Below are positions 22,337 through 31,280 of a DNA stretch of 41,272 bases, in pieces. The notes under the pieces were generated by a model that was given only the letters and a program-made list of their open reading frames with translations, searched no databases and was not told the origin of the DNA. The stretch comes from a virus (Duplodnaviria; Heunggongvirae; Uroviricota; Caudoviricetes). The position numbers were made by a program, and so were the translations under genes. Every line of letters starts with the position of its first letter. Position 1 is the first letter of the stretch. Where the stretch lies: positions 138,011-179,282 of the IMG/VR virus record IMGVR_UViG_3300014204_000001. The stretch is one strand, 5' to 3'.

Positions 22337-25300
22337 AGGTCCGGCCAAGCTCTCCGAGAAACAGTTTCGGAAGATCTGGTCGGACATCAAGATACCGGTA
22401 CTGGTAGAACGCCTTCGGGCGCTCCAGCCACAAAGTCACTGGTCTGCCTCGGGCAACCAGATCGTGGGCTGCTGCCCGTATCACGATGAGTCCACGCCCT
22501 CTTTCCGCATCTACGTTGATCGTGGTTACGCAAAGTGTTTCGGCTGTGACAAGTACGTCACGAACCCGCTTCAAATCTGGGCCAAGGTTCGTGGCTGCTC
22601 GTTGACTGAAGCTTTGGCCGAGTTTCGCCAGTTCTTCGGTCTAAAATTCCTTCCGGCGTCGGCCAACAGCCAGATCGCAAACTGGGATCGCAATCAGTTG
22701 CTCAAACGGCGGATTATGGGGATCTGCCACAACGAGCTCCTGGCTGCTTTGGCTGATCCCTCTGACGCAACGTACGCCACGGCACATAACGCAGCAAAGT
22801 ACTTGGTGCAGACGCGTAAGATTCCAGTGGAGACGCTCCCGGCATTGCCGATGATTGGCGTGATGCCGCCGATAGCGCGTATCACTGAAATTCTGCGTGT
22901 TGAAGCTGAGCGTGAAAACGCACGCCGCAAGTCCGAAGCGGATCTGCGTGGTGAGAAGTACGAGGTATTCGAGTCTCTCGAGGAATCCGCTCGCGCCTAC
23001 CTTCAACCGGCGGCTGGTTGGATAGGCGCAGTCGTCTTTCGCCTCGACGTAGCACCGGACACTATCGGGCGACTCAAGCTGCGACGTCCCTTTGCGAGCT
23101 CGAGCACCGTGACGCAGTTACCCGATGAGTTCGAGGACGCGAGTGGCTTCTACGGCCTTGGATGGCCCATGTACTCGACCATCCTAGGTGCTCAGCAGAA
23201 ATACTCGTGGCCGTATGTGGTTGAAGGTGAATTCGACGCCTTGTCGATCATGGCGCGACAGGTACAGGCAGGTGGGCCAGGCTTCATGGTTATCGCCGCC
23301 GGCGGATCGTATGGCAGCGAACACATTGACGATCTAGCATCCCTCGGCTTTAGCGACGTCTACCTATTCAGTGATGCACCCGGGCCAAAGAAAGGCGAAG
23401 CGCTCATACGTCAATGGCTTCCAACTATCAAGCGCATGCGCGCGAAGATCTTCACAGGCTGGGGGCAATTCCCGGGCGCGGGAGATCCTGATGAAGCTGT
23501 GGTAGCCTGCGGGCTAGACAAGGTCCAGCAAGTCCTGCTCGACGTCAAAAACAAGGACTACTTCCAGAATCCTCCGGACTGGGTATTCGAGCAGGCGCAG
23601 CCTGAACTGGAAGCCATCGATACTGACGATGCAAGGCATCGCATTGAAACAGCTAGCAGTTGGGGGCAGTTACTCAAGAACAGCGTCGATCTCGACCTGT
23701 TTGTGAAGAGCTGCGCGGATGTCTACGGCGTCCCTGGCGCACTCCTAAAGCGAGAGATCACAGCCAAGGAAGAGGATGAACCCGCGTTCATCATGCGCGT
23801 CGCCGATGTGCTAAGCACTGTCTTCTACGTGCTCGGGCAGCGCTCGTTCGATAGCGACCGCAAGCTTTACCTGTGGTACCGCGAGCAACAAAAAATCGTG
23901 CAGATCTCGCTCGCTGACGACACCAGTATCGAACGCGAGCTTGGTACGAGTCTCGGGCCCACGTATCAGTTGTTTCAAGAGAGAATCGGCATTCCGCCGT
24001 TTCTTGAGAGTGGCGCAAGCCTCAAAAAGAAGTCTCAAGAGTACTCCTGGTACCTACGACAAGCACTCCTCCTCATGGCACAGAACGCTCCGGACTACAA
24101 CGCGGCCCAGCACAAGGGTCAGGGCATCCACGTCATCCGCGGCAAGGATGGTGCACCTCCGACCGTTTACCTAGTAAACGGCAAGGACGTGTACTGGGGC
24201 GCGTTCGACGAGCATGACCAGCTCACCTGGAAGAAGCTCGAGGGTCCTGCGCACAACGGTATCATCTTCGACATCACTACAGGGCACTCGTTCGAAAAGC
24301 CGTGGCTGCCCTGGATCGCGTCTGTGGAAGATCTGGACAAGGCTTCAAACGTTAACCTACAGGATTGTTGGGACAAGTTGCACCGGGCACTGGATATCGG
24401 TTGGCGTTACAAGAACCACCAAGTATCCACCGAGTTCCTCACGGGGCACCTTCTAGCAACTACTGTGGCTAGTGCATTCCGGCGCCAGATCTTTTGTGCG
24501 TTCCACGCAGACACGTCATCAGGTAAGTCCCGCATGGTCATGGGCCTTATCGGTGGGAACGACTTCCCCCGCATGCACCTCATTGCGGCGACCACCTCGA
24601 TTCCGCAGTGCACCCCTGCGGCTATCCGCCAGGGTATGAACAACAAGACCCGCGCACTCTGCCTCGACGAGTTCGAGGACGACGGCTCAGGAGATAGAAA
24701 GTCCAGAAATGTCTCCGAGATGCTGGAGATGTTCCGCAACCTGACAGGTGAGAACAACAGCTACCAGATGGGCTCGCGGTTCAACGAACCAGTCGTGTAC
24801 AATCTCAACTTTTTCATCTTCACAGCCTCAATCAATAAGGCGCGCAAGGTCCAGGATGCTAACCGTATGGTTACGGTATTTCTCGAGCGCCAGACGGGGC
24901 GCCTCGACCCGCAACTCGTGTTGTTGAACGAGTTCGGCATTGACGGGATCGAGAGGCTAAAACAGGACCTGTCAATCGGCCTACTGCCGAAGATCTCCCA
25001 GCTTCAGCATCTGTTCGACGAGGTAGAAGAAGAGTACTCGAAGCCTGGATCGCGCCCAACGTACATCGACACGCGCACGTTCGAGACCCTCTTCCCGACC
25101 GTGACTATCATGAAGTTGCTGAAAAAGGACTACCACCAGTTCATTGACGACTTCTGCCTTGCGAACCAGGAGACGTTCGCCATCAGTGCATCGCATACAG
25201 ACTCAATGGAATTGTTCAACTGGCTATCGCAGAGCCCTATGCTCATCCACCGCGATGACAATAACAACAAGGACAGAGCGAGTCTGCTCCAGCTGCTGGC

Positions 25301-25709
25301 TACCACGGATACCCGCGCAGAAATCAACCGATGCGGCTCAGGACTGTATTGGGACGAGGAGAGCAAGATCCTCGTGGTCAGCTGGACCACCGCGATCCAA
25401 ACTGTCTTGTCAGGTCACACGCGTTATGGCAAAGAGACGAATGTGCCCAATATGCGCGAGCTTGCGAACCGCGCTCCACACGCGCTGAGGTCTGACGAAC
25501 TCGAAAGTAGTACAGCCCTTGCACGCCTCAAGATGCAGGGACTTGGTGGCGTACCTGTGACATCCCTGACGGGATACCGGATGCAGCACATCCTTGCAGG
25601 TATGACCGGCTCCTCGACACTGCCAGAAGACGAACCCAGGAAGCTTGCAGGCGCCCACCCGGCGCTCGAAAAGAAGAAGGAAGTCAATGGTGGAGACCTC
25701 ACAACCTAG
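22311..25709 (+). CDS. Primase-helicase fusion (CHC2 zinc finger + TOPRIM + P-loop domain)
   Basis: CCPYHDESTPSF...KCFGC (CHC2), YVVEGEFDALS (TOPRIM), HADTSSGKS (Walker A-like), LCLDEFE (Walker B). Start GTG 22311 after GAGG is tentative. Confidence 0.85.
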   Translation: MPSPKATTKGPAKLSEKQFRKIWSDIKIPVLVERLRALQPQSHWSASGNQIVGCCPYHDESTPSFRIYVDRGYAKCFGCDKYVTNPLQIWAKVRGCSLTEALAEFRQFFGLKFLPASANSQIANWDRNQLLKRRIMGICHNELLAALADPSDATYATAHNAAKYLVQTRKIPVETLPALPMIGVMPPIARITEILRVEAERENARRKSEADLRGEKYEVFESLEESARAYLQPAAGWIGAVVFRLDVAPDTIGRLKLRRPFASSSTVTQLPDEFEDASGFYGLGWPMYSTILGAQQKYSWPYVVEGEFDALSIMARQVQAGGPGFMVIAAGGSYGSEHIDDLASLGFSDVYLFSDAPGPKKGEALIRQWLPTIKRMRAKIFTGWGQFPGAGDPDEAVVACGLDKVQQVLLDVKNKDYFQNPPDWVFEQAQPELEAIDTDDARHRIETASSWGQLLKNSVDLDLFVKSCADVYGVPGALLKREITAKEEDEPAFIMRVADVLSTVFYVLGQRSFDSDRKLYLWYREQQKIVQISLADDTSIERELGTSLGPTYQLFQERIGIPPFLESGASLKKKSQEYSWYLRQALLLMAQNAPDYNAAQHKGQGIHVIRGKDGAPPTVYLVNGKDVYWGAFDEHDQLTWKKLEGPAHNGIIFDITTGHSFEKPWLPWIASVEDLDKASNVNLQDCWDKLHRALDIGWRYKNHQVSTEFLTGHLLATTVASAFRRQIFCAFHADTSSGKSRMVMGLIGGNDFPRMHLIAATTSIPQCTPAAIRQGMNNKTRALCLDEFEDDGSGDRKSRNVSEMLEMFRNLTGENNSYQMGSRFNEPVVYNLNFFIFTASINKARKVQDANRMVTVFLERQTGRLDPQLVLLNEFGIDGIERLKQDLSIGLLPKISQLQHLFDEVEEEYSKPGSRPTYIDTRTFETLFPTVTIMKLLKKDYHQFIDDFCLANQETFAISASHTDSMELFNWLSQSPMLIHRDDNNNKDRASLLQLLATTDTRAEINRCGSGLYWDEESKILVVSWTTAIQTVLSGHTRYGKETNVPNMRELANRAPHALRSDELESSTALARLKMQGLGGVPVTSLTGYRMQHILAGMTGSSTLPEDEPRKLAGAHPALEKKKEVNGGDLTT

Positions 25710-28700
25710 TTGGTCTTGTTCCCTCTGCCCAAAGCCCAAACCCGCTGCCTGGTGTGTTGGGTGTCCCCGTGAAAACCCGATATCCCGTATTGATCACGAG
25801 GGCAAGTACAAAGTTACCGAGCCCAACCACTTCATTGATGCTCGCATAAAGGCACCAGCGAACGTGGTGATCCTGTCTGAAGCGCAAATCGTCCCCCGCA
25901 TGGTGGACGTGAACGCGCTGCACCGCCCGTTCGAAGACGATGCAGGTAAGCTGATTACCCGCGCCGTTGCAGCCCTTAAAGCAGAGAAAAACACCAACTT
26001 CGCCACGCTAGACGTGGGCCGCACGTACACCGTCCTCTGCACGGGAGAAGACCCCAGCAAGCAGACGCTTGATCGCTGTAACGGCTTCTTGGCGTCCAGT
26101 CTCGAGAAGGCGTGCAGTGGTGATAAGACACCGATCATCCTGGCCATGGGGATGTCCGCAGTAAAGGCACTCGGGATCAAGGCCAAGAAGCTTAAAGACG
26201 TCCAGAGCCGAGTACTACCAGGAGTCGTGTATAACGGCCGGTCTTACAACGTGGTAGTTACCATCTCGTCCAAACAACTGGTCGCGATGGCCGGCTTCTA
26301 CAACACATTCTTCACGGACCTGCGCCGAGCCTTCGAAATCGCAGATACAGGCGTTCTACCTACCAGTATCTCACTCGAGGAGTTGACCAAGGATTACCTT
26401 CTCCCGATGACTGTGGAGGACGCACGAAAAGCATGCGAGATCATTCTTGCTTATACGGAAAATGGTGTTCCCCCGGACGAGTGGTCGATTTCTACTGACA
26501 CTGAGACGAACACCAAGTTCCCCCACCGAAATACGCTGAAGGTCCTGTGCGTATCTTTCGCCTGGGCAGATGGCAAAGCGTGTGCCATCCCGCTCTGGCA
26601 TCCGGAAACACCTTACGATCCCCAGCTGGTTGTGCCGTACATCCGACAAGTAGTCGAGAGCGCGAAGCCCAAGATTCTCCACCACCTCAAGTTCGACAAC
26701 AAGGTATTCATGAAACTGGGGTGGTCGCTTAACCACATCAAGTGGGACTCGATGTTGGGCGAGCACCTGAACGAGGAGGATAAGAAAGGCCTCTATGGCC
26801 TGAAGGAGATCACGCGCACGGAGTTTCCTGCGTTTGCGTCCTATGCCGACATCCTTCACGAGATGCTCACGAAAGAGGAGGGTGACTCACAGCTAGACAA
26901 CATTCGCAAGAAGCGAAAGAAAGAAGCAGAGGCAGATGGGCAGGCGCTAGGAACAGCTACAGAACCAAAGAAAAAGAAACTGACCAAGGCGCAGCAGAAG
27001 AATCAGGACGGTGGTTTCGAGAAGATCCCGCTACCACTGCTAATGCTCTACGCGGCGGTCGACACAGACATGACAAGGCGCATCGCCGTGAGGCAGGTGC
27101 GCCGCGCCATCGCAGAAGACAAGAAGATCTACGAAAAGCGTCTATTGTTGTCTCGCGACAGAACTCGCCGGTTCCCGGTGCCAGCGTTATGTAAGACACC
27201 GAACCCCGTACGCCACCTGATGGAGACTGCCTCCATCCCGTTGGCTAAAGAACTGTCGAAGATGGAGTACCAAGGCATCCGTGTAGACCGCACGTACCTG
27301 TCCAAACTCAAAGAAGACCTTGGAACAGTCATCGCGAATGCACAGAACGAACTCTTCACGATGGCTGGGAAGACGCCGGAAACGCTGAACCTCAACGCCC
27401 CTGCAGCGGTGGCCAACACGCTCTTCTCCGAGGGGTTTATCCACCCTGAGACAGGTGTACGTACGTACTATCCGCCCGTCAGCTTCACGAACAAAGGGCA
27501 GATGCAGACGACCGAGAAGGTGCTGAAATTCCTCGTGGCCAAATACGAGTGCCCGTTCTCGGCCAAAAAACTGATCTACAGTAAAGCGTTCAAGGCAAAA
27601 AATACCTTCTGCCAAAACGTGTGGGATCTGTCCGAACTGGATGGCTTCCTACACACGAACTATAACCAGCATGGAACTGCGACGTATCGGCTCTCATCTA
27701 ACGATGAGAACATGCAGAACATCCCTAAGGAACTGGCTGGGTATTTGATCAAGAAGGTGTTCATCCCGGATGATGACACCTTCGCGTTCGTGAACGCAGA
27801 TGCGAAAGGTGCCGAGGTACGCATCTTTACTGCGTACAGCCGGGATGCTGCACTTATCGAGTCGCTCAACAGTGGGCAAGATACACACTGCTTCATCGCA
27901 TCGAAGATCGTAGGTCTGGTGCGCATGGAGCCAGGTGCGAAACAGCATCTGGAGTCTATGGGCCTCAACGACGAGTACCCGCTCACGTACGAAGACTTCG
28001 CGGCCGCTAACGAAGGCCGTATCGAAGACAAGACGTACGCAAAGATGCTGAAGAAGTTCCGCACAGCGGTCAAACGTGTCGTCTTCGGCATCCTCTACGG
28101 CGCAGGCGCTGGTAAAATCGCAGAGACTATTGGTATCAGCCTCGAGCAAGCCAGGACTCTCATCAACCTGCTGTTCAGCATCTTCCCGTCCATCCCGCGG
28201 TACATGGACCAGACCAAATGGGAACTCGACCAGATGGGCTTCGTCGAAACCTATTTTGGTCGCCGGCGGCGTTTCAACGTAAAAGGCGCCACGGGGTATC
28301 TCAAGAGCCGCGCTCAACGGCAGGGGATCAACTTCAAGGTTCAGTGCACCAGCTCAGATATTGTACTCAGCCGTCTAGTTGAATGTATCTCGACGCTCGA
28401 ACGCGATCTGCATGGTCGTATGCTACTCACGGTCCACGACAGCTTGGGGTTCCAGCTGCCTAAGAAATATCTGTCCCAGCTACCTGATTTCGTTAAGTAC
28501 TACCTGGAGAAGCGCACGGCCGAAACCTGCCCTTGGCTTCCGGTCGTGTTCAGGTGGGACTATGAAGTGGGCGATAACTACGGCGAGCTCATGCCGTATG
28601 ACGCCTACATGAAGGGCCTCAAAGAAAAGGAGAGCATCAGTGAAACTGAGCAAGCCTACTCCGAAGAAGAAATCCGTACAGAACTCGCGGCCATCGACGA

Positions 28701-28713
28701 TCACACTACCTGA
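25687..28713 (+). CDS. polA: Family A DNA polymerase with N-terminal uracil-DNA-glycosylase-like domain and 3'-5' exonuclease
   Basis: Exo I STDTET, Exo II HHLKFD, Exo III YAAVD; RLSSNDENMQNIP; motif A ADAKGAEVR; motif B RTAVKRVVFGILYG; motif C TVHDS. N-terminal Cys cluster, VVILSEA, PF...AGKL, IILAMG pattern resembles family-4 UDG fold. Confidence 0.93.
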   Translation: MVETSQPSWSCSLCPKPKPAAWCVGCPRENPISRIDHEGKYKVTEPNHFIDARIKAPANVVILSEAQIVPRMVDVNALHRPFEDDAGKLITRAVAALKAEKNTNFATLDVGRTYTVLCTGEDPSKQTLDRCNGFLASSLEKACSGDKTPIILAMGMSAVKALGIKAKKLKDVQSRVLPGVVYNGRSYNVVVTISSKQLVAMAGFYNTFFTDLRRAFEIADTGVLPTSISLEELTKDYLLPMTVEDARKACEIILAYTENGVPPDEWSISTDTETNTKFPHRNTLKVLCVSFAWADGKACAIPLWHPETPYDPQLVVPYIRQVVESAKPKILHHLKFDNKVFMKLGWSLNHIKWDSMLGEHLNEEDKKGLYGLKEITRTEFPAFASYADILHEMLTKEEGDSQLDNIRKKRKKEAEADGQALGTATEPKKKKLTKAQQKNQDGGFEKIPLPLLMLYAAVDTDMTRRIAVRQVRRAIAEDKKIYEKRLLLSRDRTRRFPVPALCKTPNPVRHLMETASIPLAKELSKMEYQGIRVDRTYLSKLKEDLGTVIANAQNELFTMAGKTPETLNLNAPAAVANTLFSEGFIHPETGVRTYYPPVSFTNKGQMQTTEKVLKFLVAKYECPFSAKKLIYSKAFKAKNTFCQNVWDLSELDGFLHTNYNQHGTATYRLSSNDENMQNIPKELAGYLIKKVFIPDDDTFAFVNADAKGAEVRIFTAYSRDAALIESLNSGQDTHCFIASKIVGLVRMEPGAKQHLESMGLNDEYPLTYEDFAAANEGRIEDKTYAKMLKKFRTAVKRVVFGILYGAGAGKIAETIGISLEQARTLINLLFSIFPSIPRYMDQTKWELDQMGFVETYFGRRRRFNVKGATGYLKSRAQRQGINFKVQCTSSDIVLSRLVECISTLERDLHGRMLLTVHDSLGFQLPKKYLSQLPDFVKYYLEKRTAETCPWLPVVFRWDYEVGDNYGELMPYDAYMKGLKEKESISETEQAYSEEEIRTELAAIDDHTT

Positions 28714-29128
28714 GAACGGCCTCGCCATGTTCGACCTTAATGGTATGCGGGTTGTGGGCCGTGTCGTCAAAGACGACGGCCGCAAACTGTTCCTCGAGTG
28801 GCCAGGTTGTTTGGCCTTCCGTCCTGAACAGCAAGTCTCTGGTACTACCGCCATTAAGGCTAGCATCCAGCCGATCATGCCTCAGCCGCGCATCTACATC
28901 CTGCGCGATGCCGCCATCCGTGGGGAGTTCTACCTAGCCGAGCCTTGGGCCAAGGAACTCTATGCGGAGTTTCGTGCCAACTGCGAGAAGGGGCTGTACG
29001 GTCTCAATCCCTTCATCGAGCCCGTCTCCCGGCTCGTGGAGCTGCCGAAGGACTCCGTGAGCCCTGAGCGTGACACGGGCGCCGTGTTGGAGGTCGCTAC
29101 CCCTGCGACTGAACCCAGCGATGGCTAA
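28640..29128 (+). CDS. Hypothetical protein
   Basis: AGGAG RBS + GTG (alternative ATG at 28727); beta-strand-rich central region. Confidence 0.65.
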   Translation: MKLSKPTPKKKSVQNSRPSTITLPENGLAMFDLNGMRVVGRVVKDDGRKLFLEWPGCLAFRPEQQVSGTTAIKASIQPIMPQPRIYILRDAAIRGEFYLAEPWAKELYAEFRANCEKGLYGLNPFIEPVSRLVELPKDSVSPERDTGAVLEVATPATEPSDG

Positions 29129-29378
29129 GCGTCTCAAGAAAAACCTGGCTGATGAGCAGTTGGCATCGCTTGTTGGCCAAGTCGTGACGCTATACCTCCA
29201 GAGTGGCCGTGCCATCATTGGACAGCTGCTTTCGTTTGACGAGTCCAGTCTGAGCATCGAAGGGGAGGCTCACGGCGAGGACCCTATCATCTCGCGGACA
29301 CATATCAGTTCGTTTCGGCGAGCAAACCGCGAAGAAGCACAACGACACGAGAGGAAGCGCCATGGCAGCCCGACGTAA
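29121..29378 (+). CDS. Hfq/Sm-like RNA-binding protein (85 aa)
   Basis: VTLYLQSGRAIIGQLLSFDESSLSI aligns with Hfq Sm1 ([25 protein letters not shown]); IISRTHISSF aligns with Sm2 (MVYKHAISTV). Confidence 0.7.
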   Translation: MAKRLKKNLADEQLASLVGQVVTLYLQSGRAIIGQLLSFDESSLSIEGEAHGEDPIISRTHISSFRRANREEAQRHERKRHGSPT

Positions 29379-29910
29379 TCTACTGTTCACCGACTCCGAA
29401 ACCTTGGGCTTGAACCCCAACAACTATGAGCTCATCGAGCTCGGAGCCATCTTGACCACGCCAGACGGGCTCAAGGTACTGGACCAGTTCGAAGCGAAGG
29501 TGCAGCCTCGGTTCCCTCAGCTGTTCGAGACCAAGGCCGCAGAGGTCAACGGCTACAACCCTGTTTCGTGGCAACCGACCATGGCCCCGAGGGACGCCGC
29601 CCTGAAGTTCTGCGGCATTGCAGAGGATGTCACTCTCGTGGGCCAGAACATCGGATTCGACGAGGGGCACATCCTGGCGTTCCTGAGCAAGCTGGACCTC
29701 AAGCCTACGTGGCACTACCACAAGGTCGACTGCGCTGCGCTGGCCTGGCCTCTGTTCGTGAAGGGGCGCATCAAGTTCGTCAGTCTGAACACCGTACGCG
29801 AGTACTTCGGCTTGCCGAAGGAGGTTACGCCTCACCGTGCCCTCCAAGGCGCAATGGCCGCTCGAGAGGTGTACCTAAAGCTCATGGAACTGTACGTGAA
29901 CATCGCATAG
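29362..29910 (+). CDS. DEDDh 3'-5' exonuclease (DnaQ/RNase T-like)
   Basis: FTDSETLG (Exo I), IELGAI, GQNIGFD (Exo II), HRALQG (Exo III; usual last Asp is Gly). Confidence 0.85.
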   Translation: MAARRNLLFTDSETLGLNPNNYELIELGAILTTPDGLKVLDQFEAKVQPRFPQLFETKAAEVNGYNPVSWQPTMAPRDAALKFCGIAEDVTLVGQNIGFDEGHILAFLSKLDLKPTWHYHKVDCAALAWPLFVKGRIKFVSLNTVREYFGLPKEVTPHRALQGAMAAREVYLKLMELYVNIA

Positions 29911-29937
29911 GAAGGCTTCTAGACCTGTAGATCAGGA

Positions 29938-31129
29938 GCCTGCGCAACGCAGGCGGTGGTTTTCGCCCGAAGACTGGCACGCACAGCACGCGCTTCGGCG
30001 ATGGTAAGCGCCTGGGCGAAGAGTGCTGATGCGCGCCAGAACTTCGGGCCGGACGGTGATGCCCCAAAGTAGAAGCTTCCAGCTCGATAAATCGAGGCCT
30101 GCGTAACGCAGGCGCAAGAGTCATCGACGATGACTTGAGCATCCTCCGAGTCAATTTCGCAAAAAGCGCGAAATCGCCCCCTCGGACAGCCAAGTCATCG
30201 TTGTAAACAATACAACAAAGTGGAAGTTCAATCGAAAATCCCGTAGTATGTAGGTATAAGGCGATGACGTAAGGCCTTTGCATCGGCACCCGCTGATGGT
30301 TGGCTTAAAGGTCTTTATAGAACGAGTCTTGCTCAGCTCAACTGAGGCCTGCGTAACGCGGGCATGTAGCTTTCGGGCGGGTAAGCCGCCCGACAGGGTC
30401 ACAGCACCCACTCGATCAGGAGATGTGCGGAACAAAGAAGACTCGTTGTCCGTCTGATCATATGACGAGACGGCCAAACAAAGAAGACTCTACAAGCCCT
30501 GCTCAAACAACTGAGTCTTGCTCCTAACCGAGGCCTGCGTAACGCAGGCGTAAGGTACTCGGGCCTTAGGCCCGATCAGATCTCGCTCCAGGTGCTCGAG
30601 ATGTACGAGCTCCGGCGGAGAGAGAACGAAGAAGACGCTACAAGCCTTGCTCAAAAAACCGAGGTCTGCGCAACGCAGACGCACTACAGGCAGTGATGAG
30701 CACCCAAGCGCTCAACAAAGAAGGCTTGTTTTGAACCTAGCGCGTAGTTACCGCGGTCTGCGCAACGCAGATACACCAGCTTCGATCTCAGTTCTTCTCA
30801 ACATGGAGAAACCTAGTAGGTTCATGAGTTCAGTCCAAAGCACGGAACCTGCGTAACGCAGGTACAGGATCCGCGCCCATAGGGCGCAAGGTGTGCAGGG
30901 AGTTCCTCGAGGCCGCCAGCGCGGCGCACACCACGAAGTGAACTCACACGATTCAGTCCACAACATGGAGCTGACGCAACGTCAGCGGAGTCGACCCAGC
31001 CTTCGGCTGATCAGATCAGGGTATCCGAGAGCCGCAAGTTCCGGAGCTCATCAGCTTAAGAGCTACCAAAGTGAATCGTGTCGAAACAAAAGGACTCGGT
31101 GCAAAAGTAGCAGCTCGCGTAACGCGGGC
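29938..31129 (+). repeat. Array of nine 17-nt hairpins, consensus GCCTGCG-YAA-CGCAGGC, with unique spacers
   Basis: Copies start at 29938, 30097, 30347, 30533, 30664, 30756, 30847, 30970, 31113; stems show compensatory changes. Confidence 0.9.
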
Positions 31130-31229
31130 AAGGCAGCGTAATCGGTCCGCGTCTCTGTGGTGAGACGCGTCACCATTTTCTTTCCATCTAAAGAAACTGG
31201 CGACCAAAGCGAGTCCAGAAACGGCGCAA

Positions 31230-31261
31230 GCCGCCGATACGCCGCGAGGTGTATCGGCGGC
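31230..31261. terminator. 14-bp hairpin with GCGA tetraloop (terminator or RNA 3' end)
   Basis: GCCGCCGATACGCC-GCGA-GGTGTATCGGCGGC, 20 nt from terminase stop; no clean U-tract immediately adjacent. Confidence 0.5.
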
Positions 31262-31280
31262 GAACGCGCCATTTCTTTTG

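Larger units (their letters stand above)
29911..31280 (+). ncRNA. Candidate large structured non-coding RNA
   Basis: No credible ORF between convergent genes; more than 20 hairpins by eye; all three non-Watson-Crick pairs in the repeated stems are G-U on the + strand; recurring AACAAAGAAG linkers. Confidence 0.5.

Noticed and set aside
29938-31129. CRISPR array
   Set aside because: Repeats are only 17 nt and co-vary, spacers are irregular (74-233 nt) and share motifs, and no cas1/cas2 or effector genes are in the window.
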